This document shows, in pieces, positions 63,721 to 64,000 of a stretch of 64,000 bases of DNA; within the stretch, counting starts at the first letter, position 1; each line of letters starts with the position of its first letter. This DNA comes from Escherichia phage vB_EcoM-E33: sequence record OL780484.1; one strand, written 5' to 3'. The position numbers and the translations under genes are program-made. A model generated the notes under the pieces. That model was not told where the DNA came from. It did not search any database and was given only the letters and a program-made list of their open reading frames with translations.

Positions 63721-64000
63721 ATGATTAATTACCTGAATGTCGGTGAACGTGGTATCAAGATTTCTAATTTGCGTGGATTCCATAAAGCAGGTACTGTTTA
63801 TTGTGCTAAGCTCGTTAAACACCCGGGTGATGTTCATTACGCTTTTCTAGAATGCGATGAGGTGGTCGAAGGCGAATTTCCTTTAGCAGATTCTGATACT
63901 TTAGAACCCGACGACCGAATTTATTACGGTGAACTTCATATTCGAGGCATTTATGGTGAAGACGAACCCGGGACTACTCCGATTGGCAGCGATGCCGACA
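63721..64000 (+). CDS. hypothetical protein (5' part, runs off window end)
   Basis: ATG one nt after upstream stop; frame open to end of window. Confidence 0.35.
   Translation, partial: MINYLNVGERGIKISNLRGFHKAGTVYCAKLVKHPGDVHYAFLECDEVVEGEFPLADSDTLEPDDRIYYGELHIRGIYGEDEPGTTPIGSDAD

Noticed and set aside
1-64000. tRNA genes or group I introns expected in T4-like genomes
   Set aside because: No cloverleaf-like sequence with a GTTC T-loop was seen in intergenic gaps. The T4 tRNA cluster would lie upstream of nudE, outside this window. gp43, tk and the other long genes are uninterrupted, so there is no intron signature.

Overview
This window is a T4-like (Tevenvirinae) myovirus early/middle-gene region, about 64 kb, with essentially every gene on the + strand and short or overlapping junctions (ATGA / TAATG coupling). 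Gene order is collinear with phage T4 read in the direction of early transcription: nudE, e (lysozyme), internal proteins, denV, regB, tk, a Mob-type HNH endonuclease, nrdC, 55, 47, 46, rpbA-like, 45, 44, 62, regA, 43, uvsX, 41, dmd, 61, 56, soc, Mod-type ADP-ribosyltransferases, dda, dexA, 39 (fused 39/60 size), rIIA, rIIB. The DNA polymerase resembles the RB69-type gp43 from memory. No rRNA, tRNA or CRISPR array was found. Many genes are preceded by sigma70-type early promoters (GTTTAC, ~17 bp, TG-n-TACTAT/TATAAT), and there are several hairpin plus T-run terminators and a few T4 late (TATAAATA) and MotA-type middle promoter candidates. The most unusual content is a translationally coupled five-gene block between gene 43 and uvsX (36288-40438), where T4 carries 42 and beta-gt: a sugar nucleotidyltransferase/kinase fusion, a HAD-like phosphatase, a thymidylate-kinase-like P-loop kinase, a divergent thymidylate-synthase-family hydroxymethylase and an unknown 297-aa protein, which I read as a candidate DNA hypermodification module. 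Other items worth a second look are a macro-domain protein, a Pol-beta-type nucleotidyltransferase, three free-standing homing-endonuclease-like genes (two HNH, one GIY-YIG-like), an extra gene next to dmd, a lone minus-strand gene with a late promoter, and inverted repeats in early promoters that would sequester the downstream Shine-Dalgarno in read-through transcripts. All calls rest on reading the sequence and on remembered family motifs; no database search was run, and all T4/RB69 protein comparisons are from memory.
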